From contig CAVZRN010000010.1 in NCBI GenBank assembly GCA_963777715.1, positions 86,211 to 150,210 on the forward strand: a stretch of 64,000 bases of DNA, in the 5' to 3' direction. The notes beneath the pieces are model-generated. The model did not search any database. It worked only from the letters and a program-made list of their open reading frames with translations, and was not told the DNA's origin. The position numbers and the translations under genes were made by a program. Shown here in pieces: positions 1-10,464 of the stretch; positions within the stretch are counted from its first letter, which is position 1; the number at the start of each line of letters is the position of its first letter. The DNA is from an uncultured Gammaproteobacteria bacterium (GTDB lineage: Bacteria; Pseudomonadota; Gammaproteobacteria; JAURND01).

Positions 1-160
1 CCCTTGTATCCATTATCCTGCTAGCCTTCATATTGTTGGTGCAGTTTTTCACCCATTCTGTGTAATATAATTCTGGGATGACAACCATTTATAATATGGT
101 CATTTGCAATTTTTGCCGAATAATTACTATACTTGCATACTTTCATATTTGAGGATTTCC

Positions 161-2834
161 ATGCCAGGCCAAGACACTCTAAACACCAAACGTCATCTAA
201 ACATCAATGGCGCTATCTATCAATATTACAGCCTGCCTGAAGCCGACAAGCAGGGGCTGGGCGATAGCTCGCGGCTGCCATTTTCGTTAAAAATACTGCT
301 GGAAAACCTCTTGCGTTTTGAGGATGACCAAACCGTGACCGTGGAGGATATCCGGGCGTTGTACCGTTGGGCTGACACCCGCCACTCGACGCGTGAAATT
401 GCTTATCGCCCGGCACGCGTATTAATGCAAGATTTCACCGGTGTGCCGGCGGTGGTGGATTTGGCGGCGATGCGTGACGCCATGGTAAAGCTCGGCGGTA
501 ATCCAGAAAAAATTAACCCACTAACGCCAGTAGACTTGGTGATCGATCACTCGGTACAAGTTGATGAATTTGCAACCAAGGCGGCGTTTAAAGACAATGT
601 GCATATCGAAATGCAGCGTAACCATGAGCGCTATGAATTTTTACGCTGGGGGCAGCAGGCATTCAAAAAGTTTCGCGTGGTGCCGCCTGGCACGGGTATT
701 TGCCACCAAGTAAATTTAGAATATCTCGCCAAAGCAATTTGGTCACAAACTATTGACGGTGAAACCTATGCCTATCCCGATACCCTGGTCGGCACCGATA
801 GCCACACCACCATGATTAATGGATTGGGTGTACTCGGGTGGGGAGTTGGCGGTATTGAAGCCGAAGCGGCGATGTTAGGTCAGCCGATCACCATGTTAAT
901 CCCCGAAGTGATTGGATTTAAGTTGACTGGGCAATTACGCGAGGGCATTACTGCCACCGACCTGGTATTAACGATTACGCAAATGCTGCGCAAGAAAGGC
1001 GTAGTGGGTAAGTTTGTAGAATTTTATGGCGAAGGACTCAACGGCCTACCGCTGGCGAATCGTGCCACTATCGCCAACATGGCGCCAGAATACGGAGCAA
1101 CGTGTGGCTTCTTTCCTATCGATCAGCAAACGTTAGATTATTTACAGCTAACTGCGCGTGACGAGCAAACCATCGCCCTGGTGAAAGGTTATGCCAAAGC
1201 GCAAGGCTTATGGCGTGACAGCAGCACGCCAGATCCCATTTTTACCGATACGGTGGAATTAGATTTAAGTAGCGTGGAACCCAGCCTGGCTGGCCCCAAA
1301 CGCCCGCAAGATCGGGTGGTGTTGCGTGACATATCACAGGCGTTTGATAAAACTCTCGTCGATATGGGTAAGTCTGTACCAACAACCACTGGCGCTCCTG
1401 ACGCTTCAGCCGCACTGATCATGGCGACGTGATTATTGCCGCCATTACCAGTTGCACCAACACGTCTAATCCCAGTGTATTAATGGCCGCAGGTCTACTG
1501 GCAAAGAAAGCTGTGGAAAGGGGTTTAAAACGCAAGCCCTGGGTGAAATCGTCCCTAGCGCCAGGTTCCAAGGTGGTCACTGATTACCTGGAAAAAGCCG
1601 ATCTGCAAATCTATTTAGATCAGTTCGGATTTAATTTGGTCGGTTATGGTTGCACCACGTGTATTGGTAATTCGGGTCCCCTAGCCGATGAAGTGCAACA
1701 AGCCATTACCGAAAAAAATCTCGTCGTTTGTTCCGTATTATCCGGCAACCGTAATTTTGAAGGTCGGGTTCATCCCCTGGCCAAAGCGAATTGGCTGGCT
1801 TCTCCGCCATTGGTGGTAGCATTTGCGCTCGCTGGCACTACGCGTATTAATCTAATCGATGAACCACTCGGCGAAGATACTCAGGGCAATCCCGTCTATC
1901 TAAAAGATATCTGGCCCTCCGATGCTGAAATTGCTCACGAAGTAACCAAGGTAAGCGGCAGTATGTTCAAGAAGGAATACGCCGACGTGTTTACCGGCGA
2001 TTAGAGTGGCGCGACATTCAAGTGGCTGGCGGCAATACGTATACCTGGGACAATAACTCTACCTATGTGCAAAATCCACCATATTTTACTGAGCTGACGA
2101 TGGCGCCTGCCGCCATCAAGGATATTCACGGCGCACGCGTATTCGCTATGTTAGGCGACAGTATCACTACCGATCATATCTCACCGGCAGGTAATATCAA
2201 GGCTGACAGCCCAGCGGGACAGTATTTAACGGCGCATGGCGTCGCGCCAAAAGATTTCAACTCGTATGGCGCACGCCGCGGTAATCACGAAGTGATGATG
2301 CGTGGCACGTTTGCCAATATCCGTATTCGCAACGAAATGGTGCCGGGTGTAGAAGGTGGATTTACTCATTTCCTACCCACGGGTGAAACGTTACCTATTT
2401 ATGATGCGGCGATGCGCTATAAGGCACAGCATACCCCGCTGATTATTATCGCTGGCAGCGAATATGGCTCTGGTTCATCACGCGATTGGGCAGCCAAAGG
2501 CCCCGCCTTACTAGGTATTAAGGCAGTTATTGCCGAAAGCTTTGAACGCATCCATCGTTCTAATTTAATTGGCATGGGTATTTTACCGCTGCAATTTCCT
2601 GCTGGCGTCATGCGTAAAACTTTGGAACTCATTGGTAACGAGAGCTTTGATATTTTGGGATTGCCACAACTAAAGCCTGGTGGAGAATTGCAGGTGTTAA
2701 TTACGCGCCACTCCGGGGAACAAATTAAACTGCATGTATTGTGTCGAGTGGACACCCAAAATGAATTAGAATATTTTAATAATGGCGGTATTTTGCCCTA
2801 TGTGTTAAGAAATTTAGTCAGGACAGCAATATGA
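161..2834 (+). pseudogene. acnA: aconitate hydratase A (AcnA/IRP family), split by two frameshifts
   Basis: Three consecutive ORFs in three different frames (104..1432, 1429..2004, 2022..2834) are colinear with one full-length aconitase. Supporting motifs are [60 protein letters not shown], and GSGSSRDWAAKG with ERIHRSNLIGMGILPL. The frame breaks lie at ~1402-1425 and ~2000-2006. The likely start is the ATG at 161. Confidence 0.85.
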
Positions 2835-3322
2835 AGAAAACAGTTGGTTTAGTCATGGGTTCCCAATCGGATTGGGAAGTACTAAAAAACGCTGCCGAAA
2901 CATTGGAAGCATTAAACATCCCATTTGAAACAAAAGTAGTCTCTGCGCATCGCACGCCAGATTTATTGTTTGAGTATGCCGCTACAGCTGCTGAACGCGG
3001 ATTGCAAATAATTATTGCTGGCGCTGGCGGCGCCGCACATTTGCCCGGCATGTTAGCCGCTAAAACCGCACTACCCGTGTTAGGCGTACCCATTCCCAGC
3101 ACTGCATTGCAAGGCATGGATTCACTCTTATCCATCGTGCAAATGCCTAGCGGCGTTCCGGTTGCCACCTTCGCCATTGGTAAGCCCGGCGCTATTAATG
3201 CCGCATTGTTTGCTGCGGCAATATTGGCGCGCAGCATACCAGAAGTTGACAAGGCGTTGCACGCCTATCGCGAAAATCAAACGCGACGTGTATTAGCAAA
3301 ACCAAATCCCAGCGAGAATTAG
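2831..3322 (+). CDS. purE: N5-carboxyaminoimidazole ribonucleotide mutase
   Basis: 163 aa. Carries the PurE hallmarks GSQSDW, SAHRTP and [14 protein letters not shown]. The start overlaps the acnA stop (ATGA). Confidence 0.95.
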   Translation: MKKTVGLVMGSQSDWEVLKNAAETLEALNIPFETKVVSAHRTPDLLFEYAATAAERGLQIIIAGAGGAAHLPGMLAAKTALPVLGVPIPSTALQGMDSLLSIVQMPSGVPVATFAIGKPGAINAALFAAAILARSIPEVDKALHAYRENQTRRVLAKPNPSEN

Positions 3323-3341
3323 TCCGAGTGAGAATTAGAAG

Positions 3342-4427
3342 GTGAAAATCGGTGTCATTGGTGGTGGGCAGCTAGCGCAAATGTTGGCGTTGGCAGGTTA
3401 TCCGCTCGGCTTAAAAATTATCTGTCTGGAGCCAACTGCTGATTGTCCGGCAAGTTTAGTGACCGACGTCATCAATGGCCAATACGACGATGTAAAAAAA
3501 TTACAACAACTGGCAACCGCTGTTGATGTGATGACGTATGAATTTGAAAATATCTCTGCTGCGGCGCTGACGCAAATGCAGCATACCGCATTGTATCCGC
3601 CCGCCACAGCGTTGGCTATTTCTCAGGATAGGCTACAGGAAAAACGCTTTTTTGAGCAATTGCATATTCCTACTACAACCTATGCGGAGGTCAACTCACT
3701 TGAAGAATTACAGCAGGCGCTTGAGCATATTAACATTCCCGCCATGCTGAAAACACGCCGCCTGGGTTATGACGGCAAGGGGCAATATAGCATCAATCAA
3801 CCACAAGATATTGCACCCGCCTGGAAAGCACTAGAAGGCCACGCGCTATTAGTAGAAACCAAAATTAATTTTCAGCGTGAGGTGTCGTGCATCGGCGTGC
3901 GTAACACGCATGACGATGTGGTATTTTATCCGCTGGTCGAAAATCAGCATCGAAATGGGATTTTGCATTTATCCCAGGTTAGCAATGAGCATCATGATGA
4001 TCGCATCACGCAACTGGCGCAGACATATGTCGGCAATATTTTGCGCGAATTAAACTACGTTGGTGTGCTGACGGTCGAATTTTTCCAGCAAGGCGATCAA
4101 CTAATTGCCAATGAAATTGCGCCACGCGTGCATAATTCTGGCCATTGGACTATCGAGGGCGCCGACACCAGTCAATTTGAAAATCACTTACGCGCGGTTT
4201 GTGGATTACCACTTGGCGCGACCAACGCCCGCAACTACGTTGCCATGGTGAATATAGTAGGGGAAATTCCTGATACCAATGCATTACTACGCATCGCACA
4301 CACACATTGCCATCTATACGGCAAGACACCACGCCCTGGACGCAAATTGGGTAGCGTGACACTTTGTGCTGATGATCGAAAGACCTATGTGCAGCAATTA
4401 CAAGCCATACTTGAATGTATTAAATAA
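3342..4427 (+). CDS. purK: N5-carboxyaminoimidazole ribonucleotide synthase (ATP-grasp)
   Basis: 361 aa. N-terminus is IGVIGGGQLAQM, with ATP-grasp motifs (GYDGKGQ, NEIAPRVHNSGHWT). Sits directly downstream of purE. Confidence 0.93.
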   Translation: MKIGVIGGGQLAQMLALAGYPLGLKIICLEPTADCPASLVTDVINGQYDDVKKLQQLATAVDVMTYEFENISAAALTQMQHTALYPPATALAISQDRLQEKRFFEQLHIPTTTYAEVNSLEELQQALEHINIPAMLKTRRLGYDGKGQYSINQPQDIAPAWKALEGHALLVETKINFQREVSCIGVRNTHDDVVFYPLVENQHRNGILHLSQVSNEHHDDRITQLAQTYVGNILRELNYVGVLTVEFFQQGDQLIANEIAPRVHNSGHWTIEGADTSQFENHLRAVCGLPLGATNARNYVAMVNIVGEIPDTNALLRIAHTHCHLYGKTPRPGRKLGSVTLCADDRKTYVQQLQAILECIK

Positions 4428-4435
4428 AGAATAGA

Positions 4436-4750
4436 TTAAGCTGCATTTTTAATCCCTTGAAACGTCTTTAAAAAAGCTTCTGGTACTTTCTTGGCTATTA
4501 ATAGTAAACTTTTTGCTGAACCATGTGGTTCACGTCTTCCTTGCTCCCAATTGCGCAAAGTAGCAACACTCACCCCCATAAACGCGGCAAATGCTTGCTG
4601 ACTAAGCCCCAACTTGTGCCGAATTTTTGCCACATCTCCTGCTGTTGGCAAGGTAAGACGAGTAACTTTTAATTTCTTTTGGCCTTTCTGCCATGCCTTG
4701 ATTTCTTCAATACCAGATAATATTTCTTGGCCAATATTTCTATTCTTCAT
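4436..4750 (-). CDS. type II antitoxin, XRE-family HTH (HigA-like)
   Basis: 104 aa. HTH segment is LGLSQQAFAAFMGVSVATLRNWEQGRREP. There is a 4-nt overlap with the upstream toxin ORF, in toxin-first (higBA-type) order. Confidence 0.8.
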   Translation of the reverse strand: MKNRNIGQEILSGIEEIKAWQKGQKKLKVTRLTLPTAGDVAKIRHKLGLSQQAFAAFMGVSVATLRNWEQGRREPHGSAKSLLLIAKKVPEAFLKTFQGIKNAA

Positions 4751-5082
4751 TTGATTGCCTCCAAAGACTTAGCAATACGTGCTAATGTTTGGGTATTTAT
4801 ATTTTCACGCTCTGATTTACTATACATAGTCAACATATAAATTTGATCTCGCGCTTTAGCCCAATAATAAATAACTCGTACACCGCCCGATTTCCCCGTG
4901 CCTTGGAGAGCCCAACGAAGTTTACGAATGCCCCCACTACCAGCAATAATTTTTCCTGCTTCGGGATGCTCCATCAAATAATATTGCATCTCTCGATATT
5001 CTTCGTCACTAAAATATTCCTTTAAGCGGTGACTAAAGTGCGTAGTTTCCACGAATACTACCGTATTATAATTATACGTCAT
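4747..5082 (-). CDS. type II toxin, RelE/HigB (Gp49-like) family
   Basis: 111 aa. The motifs GGIRKLRW and GKSGGVRVIYYW...IYMLTMYSKSE are typical of HigB/Gp49-like mRNA interferases. The gene is translationally coupled to the antitoxin. Confidence 0.8.
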   Translation of the reverse strand: MTYNYNTVVFVETTHFSHRLKEYFSDEEYREMQYYLMEHPEAGKIIAGSGGIRKLRWALQGTGKSGGVRVIYYWAKARDQIYMLTMYSKSERENINTQTLARIAKSLEAIK

Positions 5083-5100
5083 TGGCGCACCCTTCGCAAG

Positions 5101-5421
5101 TTAACGACAACCCTTTTCATTGTATAGCTTGGTAAGGCTGGAGCGTCGATCATTAATTGCCTGGGTTGCTTGCCCCGCATCATAATACGTGTAGGCTAAC
5201 CCCGGCAGCCAAAATAGGGCGGACGCAACATTAGTGCCAGTAACACCTTTTTTAGAATTAACATTTTTTTCAGCTTGATCTGTTTTATGCAATTCAACCT
5301 TTATCTGACTGCAAGATAGGTGGTTATCACCCGCTTGCACCACTTGCACTTTGTCGGAAGTAGCGCAGCCTGTTAACAGACCAGCCATAATCACTGTTGC
5401 AACACAAATAATTTTTTTCAT
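5101..5421 (-). CDS. lipoprotein, unknown function
   Basis: 106 aa. Signal peptide with lipobox LLTGC (MKKIICVATVIMAGLLTGCATS). Confidence 0.6.
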   Translation of the reverse strand: MKKIICVATVIMAGLLTGCATSDKVQVVQAGDNHLSCSQIKVELHKTDQAEKNVNSKKGVTGTNVASALFWLPGLAYTYYDAGQATQAINDRRSSLTKLYNEKGCR

Positions 5422-5474
5422 TGATTTTCCTCTTTTTTATTGTTATGCCCATAGGGATTGATTTATTGTCATTA

Positions 5475-6014
5475 TTATTTGCCTTTCTTAACGGTTCTTT
5501 TTACTTTAAATATTGCGAAATTCATTTCATAGGTGGTTTCAGTTCCCCTAACCTCCAGCCCGTTTTCAGGAATAAGCAAATCGGCCATTAAATCTCCCGT
5601 ATGTTCCATCAGTGATCGCTGTTTAGGTGAATTTTCTGGCAACGTTTGCATTTGGTGAACAACATGGCCCAGTTCTTTGACTTTGGCGAAGGTTTCAATA
5701 ATAGCTATCGTAGTTTCTACCGCTTTGGAGCTTTTTAGAATGGTGGCTAACATATAAAGCCCCTTTTCAGTAAAGGCTGTTGGCGGCTTAACCTTTCCAC
5801 CCTTGATTGAAGTCGAAAATTTCGACTTCAATGGCTCCCATTCCTCCTTACTAAGATCAAAAATATAATCCTCAGGGAACTTTTCTGGATTATTTTTAAC
5901 CGCTTCGTTTATTCGCTTTGTTTCTACACCGTATAACTCAGCGACATCTGCATCAATAATAGCTCTCTGATTGCGAAGGGTAAGAATTTTTTCTTGCACG
6001 GATACTTTTTTCAT
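5475..6014 (-). CDS. ORF6N (KilA-N-like) domain protein
   Basis: 179 aa. The N-terminus ILTLRNQRAIIDADVAELYGVETKRINEAVKNNPEKFPEDYIFDLSKEE matches the ORF6N DNA-binding domain pattern common in mobile elements. Confidence 0.7.
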   Translation of the reverse strand: MKKVSVQEKILTLRNQRAIIDADVAELYGVETKRINEAVKNNPEKFPEDYIFDLSKEEWEPLKSKFSTSIKGGKVKPPTAFTEKGLYMLATILKSSKAVETTIAIIETFAKVKELGHVVHQMQTLPENSPKQRSLMEHTGDLMADLLIPENGLEVRGTETTYEMNFAIFKVKRTVKKGK

Positions 6015-6037
6015 TAGACTTCTTTCCTCATTGTTAT

Positions 6038-6583
6038 CTACTGCACAGAAATCCAGGCAGGTCTATCCCAATGTGGGTCGACACTACCTGACGAAAAAGT
6101 CAAGGTAGGTGTACAGCGAACCCAACCTTGGGGTGACTTTACAATGTCGCCTACTACGTATAATTGATTGTTATAATTGCAGCGTTGCGTTTTCGCAGCA
6201 TCTGACATGTGTTTATCTCCTGGTGTTGTACTTGGTTGAGTCGGTGTGTCCACAGTCGCTTCTCCCATAGAATTAGGCGAATTAGGCTGTAACGGAATTG
6301 GTTTTTTAGCGAGCGGCAGTTTGGGGTTGGCATCGAATACATCTTGGATATATCTTTGTTTCGCTGCCTGTTCAACAAGGTGCTCTACGGCGCTCTTGGT
6401 TAATACTTGCGGCATATCTGCCACATTACTAGACTGTTTTGGTTTGCTATTACCTGTCAAGTTAGTTAGGTTTTTAGATACCAATACGCTCACAACCAAA
6501 ATAGCTATCGCGATAAGTAGTAATCTAAATATCCAAACCTGTGTACGCAAGGAAGGCTTGGTCTTAGTGATCGAAAAAAACAT
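6038..6583 (-). CDS. membrane-anchored hypothetical protein
   Basis: 181 aa. One N-terminal TM helix (VWIFRLLLIAIAILVVSVLV), a Pro/Thr-rich linker and a Cys-containing C-terminal domain. Sits immediately downstream of virB11. Confidence 0.5.
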   Translation of the reverse strand: MFFSITKTKPSLRTQVWIFRLLLIAIAILVVSVLVSKNLTNLTGNSKPKQSSNVADMPQVLTKSAVEHLVEQAAKQRYIQDVFDANPKLPLAKKPIPLQPNSPNSMGEATVDTPTQPSTTPGDKHMSDAAKTQRCNYNNQLYVVGDIVKSPQGWVRCTPTLTFSSGSVDPHWDRPAWISVQ

Positions 6584-6715
6584 GTCTTAATCTCCTATCT
6601 CTTCATACAGTAAAAAATAACCACATAGACCCCCATCCTAACCTTCCCCCGCAAGCGGTGAAAGGGACGAGTCGGTAGAACTCAATCACACTAGCAGACC
6701 TCTCGGCCCTTGTGC

Positions 6716-7684
6716 CTACGTTTGATGTTTGAAGTAAATTTCAGAAACATACATAAACCGATCACTGCTGCCGCAACGCTTGAGTTGGATAACAACGTCA
6801 ATGATAGATTCGATATAATCCCTGATGCGCGCATCGTTCGAAGTAGAACCCGCCTGCTGCATCATAAATACCATCTGGTCAAAACACGCCTGCGGCGTGT
6901 CGGCATGCACTGTAGTTAAACTGCCTGGATGTCCAGAATTAGCCGCTCGCAGATATGGCCATATTTCTACGCCGCGTAATTCCGATAAAAATATGCGATC
7001 AGGTCGCAAGCGCAGACATATTTGAAATATTTTCAGCGCGGTAATTTGCGGATCATCTTCGTTGTAAAGTAAGCGCGCCACATTTGGCTGCTCTACCACG
7101 ACCTCTTTTACATCTTCCACAGTAATCAAGCGTTGATCCGCCGGGACGTATTTAAGACAGGCATTAAGAAACGTGGTTTTTCCGGTTCCAGTGCCACCAC
7201 TAATAATAATGTTCTTGCGAGCAGTTATCGCCAATTGCAAAAATCTTAAGATATCCCGCTGTTCATAAAGCGTTTTCAGTCGATTGGTTACCGGATCAAC
7301 CTGCTGTGATGTAACAAACTCTTTAAACACACCCGCTAATTCATATTCTTGCAATGTCATGTCGCGCATTTGATGGCGACGGATAGACATGACTATATTT
7401 CCATGCTCACACGCAGGGTTCATCACTGCTTGCACGCGTTCGCCATGCGGTAACACGCCGGAAACCAACGGCCTGGGAAATTCCTTGTGATTAAATTCAG
7501 CAATTAATGCAACCAGGGTTTTCAGAAAATTAAACTCCAACACCTCTATCTCATAACGTTCAAATCGGCTATTTTTTTCAACAAACATCTCTCCTGGTCT
7601 GTTGATACAAATTTCTGTTACCCCGGGAATCTCTAAAAAAGGCGCAATGGGTTTTAAGTGATGTTCTAACGCTTTTAGTGACAT
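6716..7684 (-). CDS. virB11: type IV secretion ATPase VirB11
   Basis: 322 aa. Walker A is GGTGTGKTT and RPDRIFLSELRG is present. It is the last gene of the virB-ordered operon. Confidence 0.92.
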   Translation of the reverse strand: MSLKALEHHLKPIAPFLEIPGVTEICINRPGEMFVEKNSRFERYEIEVLEFNFLKTLVALIAEFNHKEFPRPLVSGVLPHGERVQAVMNPACEHGNIVMSIRRHQMRDMTLQEYELAGVFKEFVTSQQVDPVTNRLKTLYEQRDILRFLQLAITARKNIIISGGTGTGKTTFLNACLKYVPADQRLITVEDVKEVVVEQPNVARLLYNEDDPQITALKIFQICLRLRPDRIFLSELRGVEIWPYLRAANSGHPGSLTTVHADTPQACFDQMVFMMQQAGSTSNDARIRDYIESIIDVVIQLKRCGSSDRFMYVSEIYFKHQT

Positions 7685-7685
7685 A

Positions 7686-8873
7686 TCAAAACACGTTTAT
7701 CTTTCTACCGGCCATCTGCATGGCCGTGCCAAAATCCAAGTCATGCGCGACAAATACATTAATTTCCTTACCTTGGTGTGAATATAACGTCGGCGCTAAT
7801 GTGCCGGTTTGTTTTAAGCTCTCATTAGCAGATTGCGCCAGACTATCGGCAACGGCAATTCGATATGCCTGCGCGGCGTTATAGGGGTCACTGCTTTCCA
7901 CTCCCACGTTTTGTACCCCCGCACCAATAATCGACAGCAATACCGCCGAACCAAAACGCTGCCAAAAGTGTCTATTGATCACATCGGCGCCCATCCCAGC
8001 CACACCAATGCTATCCGTACCAGGGGAACCTAGATCAACACTGATGCCGTCAGGTGTAATGAGTCGTGTCCACACCACAAAAATGCGTGATTGCCCCATT
8101 GCTAAGCCACTTTTATACTCTCCCACTAACCGGCTGCCGCGTGGAATAAGAATACGCGAACCATCTTCAGCATAACCTGGTTCTGAAACGACTGCCCTCA
8201 ACATGCCAGGTAGATCTGAATCGGTGGCTGGTTCTAACGTTGCTCGGATAATGCTACCCTGTAAAATCAAATCCGATAGTGGACCCACATGAGTTGCCTC
8301 AACAACTCTGTCATTGACTTCGTGAGAAACCTCAACAACCTCGTCTAAGAAATTGGTATTGGGATCACCCTTGTAACCCTTCGCATGGGTGGCGATAGGC
8401 TTTTGAACGTCAAGTAAATTATTACTACTTGCTGTTTGCATCATTGGGGCCGTCAAACGCGCCTGTAATTCTTTTTCTTTCTCCATAATCATCTTTAATT
8501 GCGCCTCTGTGATTAGCGATTTCTCTGCTGGTTTGGCTGCTGGCATTGGCGCACTGGACTTTTGCTCTGGCCTTACTGGTGAACTTGAAAACCCATAGGT
8601 TTCTTCTACTAGAGCAGCATCTTGTTTTTTGTTAGCGTGATGTGAACACGAGCCAATGACAATCATCACAATCACTGCCGCGATACCCAATACAATTAAT
8701 TTTTTCTTGCTGATATTACCCACAGCTATTTCTGGCCTTCCGTCGGATTCAAAATAATCTTCGTCGCTGTCAATAATTGGCGGCTGCGGCTTAATTATAT
8801 TCTCTGGAATTATTTTTTTTGGAGTTATTTTTTTTGGAATTTTAGTTTTGAGTGGCATATTTTTTCCAATCAC
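7686..8873 (-). CDS. virB10: type IV secretion protein VirB10 (TrbI family)
   Basis: 395 aa. Has an N-terminal Pro-rich region, one TM helix and a C-terminal TrbI-like domain (RIFVVWTRLITPDGISVDL...GVAGMGADVINRH). The true start is possibly the internal M at ~8858. Confidence 0.9.
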   Translation of the reverse strand: MIGKNMPLKTKIPKKITPKKIIPENIIKPQPPIIDSDEDYFESDGRPEIAVGNISKKKLIVLGIAAVIVMIVIGSCSHHANKKQDAALVEETYGFSSSPVRPEQKSSAPMPAAKPAEKSLITEAQLKMIMEKEKELQARLTAPMMQTASSNNLLDVQKPIATHAKGYKGDPNTNFLDEVVEVSHEVNDRVVEATHVGPLSDLILQGSIIRATLEPATDSDLPGMLRAVVSEPGYAEDGSRILIPRGSRLVGEYKSGLAMGQSRIFVVWTRLITPDGISVDLGSPGTDSIGVAGMGADVINRHFWQRFGSAVLLSIIGAGVQNVGVESSDPYNAAQAYRIAVADSLAQSANESLKQTGTLAPTLYSHQGKEINVFVAHDLDFGTAMQMAGRKINVF

Positions 8874-9576
8874 CTATCAGATAATCGTTATAAACACTGG
8901 TCACCACATTGCCGTTACGCAAGGTAAACTGTTTTGCTACCGTGTGAATAACCAGGTAGTCTCCTTCCATATGGTAGTTCACTAATGATTCCTGGCGATT
9001 TTCTCCGACCACGAATACGGCGGGTAGACGACTCATGCCATTGTCTTTGAACTTTAGGTAGGTGAATTTATTATTATCGTAGGCTTCAATCGGCGCTAAA
9101 TTTCTATCGCCCGTAAAACTATATTTCCAGTTAATGTCATTGGGATTAAATTGCCCAACTGCATTGGAATTGCCAAAACTATCGAAGCCACCATCGAGGT
9201 ATTTAAATTGTAGTTTAAACGTCGGCGTTACCGCTTCGTTTTTTGAATCGAGCTGGAAGTTATAACTATTTATGTTGGTTAATACCGTCATATTAGTCTG
9301 CGAAGATGCAACTGGCTTGATAAACAAATTGTTACCCACCGGAACTGCTTGCCAGGCGAGACTATCCCCTAATGATACGTTTTGTACTGTTTCATTTGGC
9401 GCAAATACCACTTGAGTTTGATAACCATAGCGTCCATAAACTACCACCACATTATTAGGATCATAGTTCACCAGCTTTACGCGCCGATCAGCCGATACGC
9501 TTCTTGGAATAAGCTGCGCTTGCGCAACTGAGACGAATAAGCTGGATAAAATAAGGTACAGTATTATTTTTTTCAT
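8842..9576 (-). CDS. virB9: type IV secretion protein VirB9
   Basis: 244 aa with a signal peptide. The beta-rich CagX/VirB9-like sequence includes NWKYSFTGD. Position lies between virB8 and virB10. Confidence 0.85.
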   Translation of the reverse strand: MKKIILYLILSSLFVSVAQAQLIPRSVSADRRVKLVNYDPNNVVVVYGRYGYQTQVVFAPNETVQNVSLGDSLAWQAVPVGNNLFIKPVASSQTNMTVLTNINSYNFQLDSKNEAVTPTFKLQFKYLDGGFDSFGNSNAVGQFNPNDINWKYSFTGDRNLAPIEAYDNNKFTYLKFKDNGMSRLPAVFVVGENRQESLVNYHMEGDYLVIHTVAKQFTLRNGNVVTSVYNDYLIGDWKKYATQN

Positions 9577-9592
9577 ATTAAAATCCTTAATT

Positions 9593-9685
9593 AACCTGAG
9601 TTCGATATATTAAATAAAATACCATATGAACTCAGGTTATCCCAGAAATTTGCTTCATGGACGAGCAAATTATCTGGGATCCAGG
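9593..9685. repeat. family-B double-hairpin dispersed repeat, copy 1 (inside the virB operon)
   Basis: The ~93-nt element aacctgagtt...aactcaggtt + atcccagaaatttgc...gcaaattatctgggat recurs at 37324..37413. A further AT-rich hairpin follows (ttcgatataaaaaat/attttttatatcgaa, ~9702-9737). Confidence 0.85.
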
Positions 9686-9742
9686 TTCATAAAAATACAG
9701 CTTCGATATAAAAAATAGGATATTTTTTATATCGAACTGACG

Positions 9743-10414
9743 TTAATTAACCTGCGAGGTCTGGTAATACACCATTTTAAATCCAAGCGGGTCGCGATCT
9801 AACATTTTTTGCGTCGTATCCGGATTAACGTACTTCCATTTTACAATCGCCTCCCTTTCAACCACTGACTGCGCAGATGAATTACGATCATGTAGTATTT
9901 TTTCAAATTTGACCGAGGCAGTATTAGCATTTAATTGTGATACTGATTTCACCACCACGGTGATGTATTTATCCTTGCCATACATTTTGTAAGGAGATGA
10001 TGCACTGCTACTATTGACGTCACCCTCATACTGCGTTTGTACGTTGTAATCTGACATCGCCCAGGCGATTTGATACGGGTGGTCAATATTGTAGTAATCA
10101 TAACTTTCGCGATTTAGTGTGTAGGTAATTAAGAAATAACGCGTCATTGCCCAATCTGCCGTCATGGTGCTGGCCTCTAGCCGACCTAGTTTTGTCACCT
10201 CTCCAGTGGCGTGATCAAATGAATACAGGTAGGGCACTTTTTCCTTTAGTGGCGCTAAATTTAAATTGGCGATTAACGATAAAATCAAGGCAACAGATAA
10301 AACCACGATGACGACTAAGCATCTTTTTAACCAGACGGATGCATTGAGGTACATGTCGTATAGCCACGCCTCTGACTCTTTCACGATTAATACGTCTTCG
10401 TCGTTGTTTTGCAT
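9743..10414 (-). CDS. virB8: type IV secretion protein VirB8
   Basis: 223 aa. Has an N-terminal TM helix and the C-terminal DPLGFKMVYYQ signature of VirB8. Confidence 0.88.
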   Translation of the reverse strand: MQNNDEDVLIVKESEAWLYDMYLNASVWLKRCLVVIVVLSVALILSLIANLNLAPLKEKVPYLYSFDHATGEVTKLGRLEASTMTADWAMTRYFLITYTLNRESYDYYNIDHPYQIAWAMSDYNVQTQYEGDVNSSSASSPYKMYGKDKYITVVVKSVSQLNANTASVKFEKILHDRNSSAQSVVEREAIVKWKYVNPDTTQKMLDRDPLGFKMVYYQTSQVN

Positions 10415-10464
10415 TGCGATAACCCTTGTATGGCTCTTACTATGAATTTGTCATCCCGAAATGA

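Noticed and set aside
1399-2022. Programmed ribosomal frameshifting as an explanation for the split acnA.
   Set aside because: There is no slippery heptamer or downstream structure at either junction. Two independent programmed shifts in aconitase would be unprecedented, so pseudogenisation or sequence error is more parsimonious.
6584-6715. The hairpin ccttcccccgcaagcggtgaaaggg downstream of virB11, considered as an intrinsic terminator.
   Set aside because: No U-tract follows it on the transcribed (minus) strand. It more likely represents a degenerate family-E repeat end.
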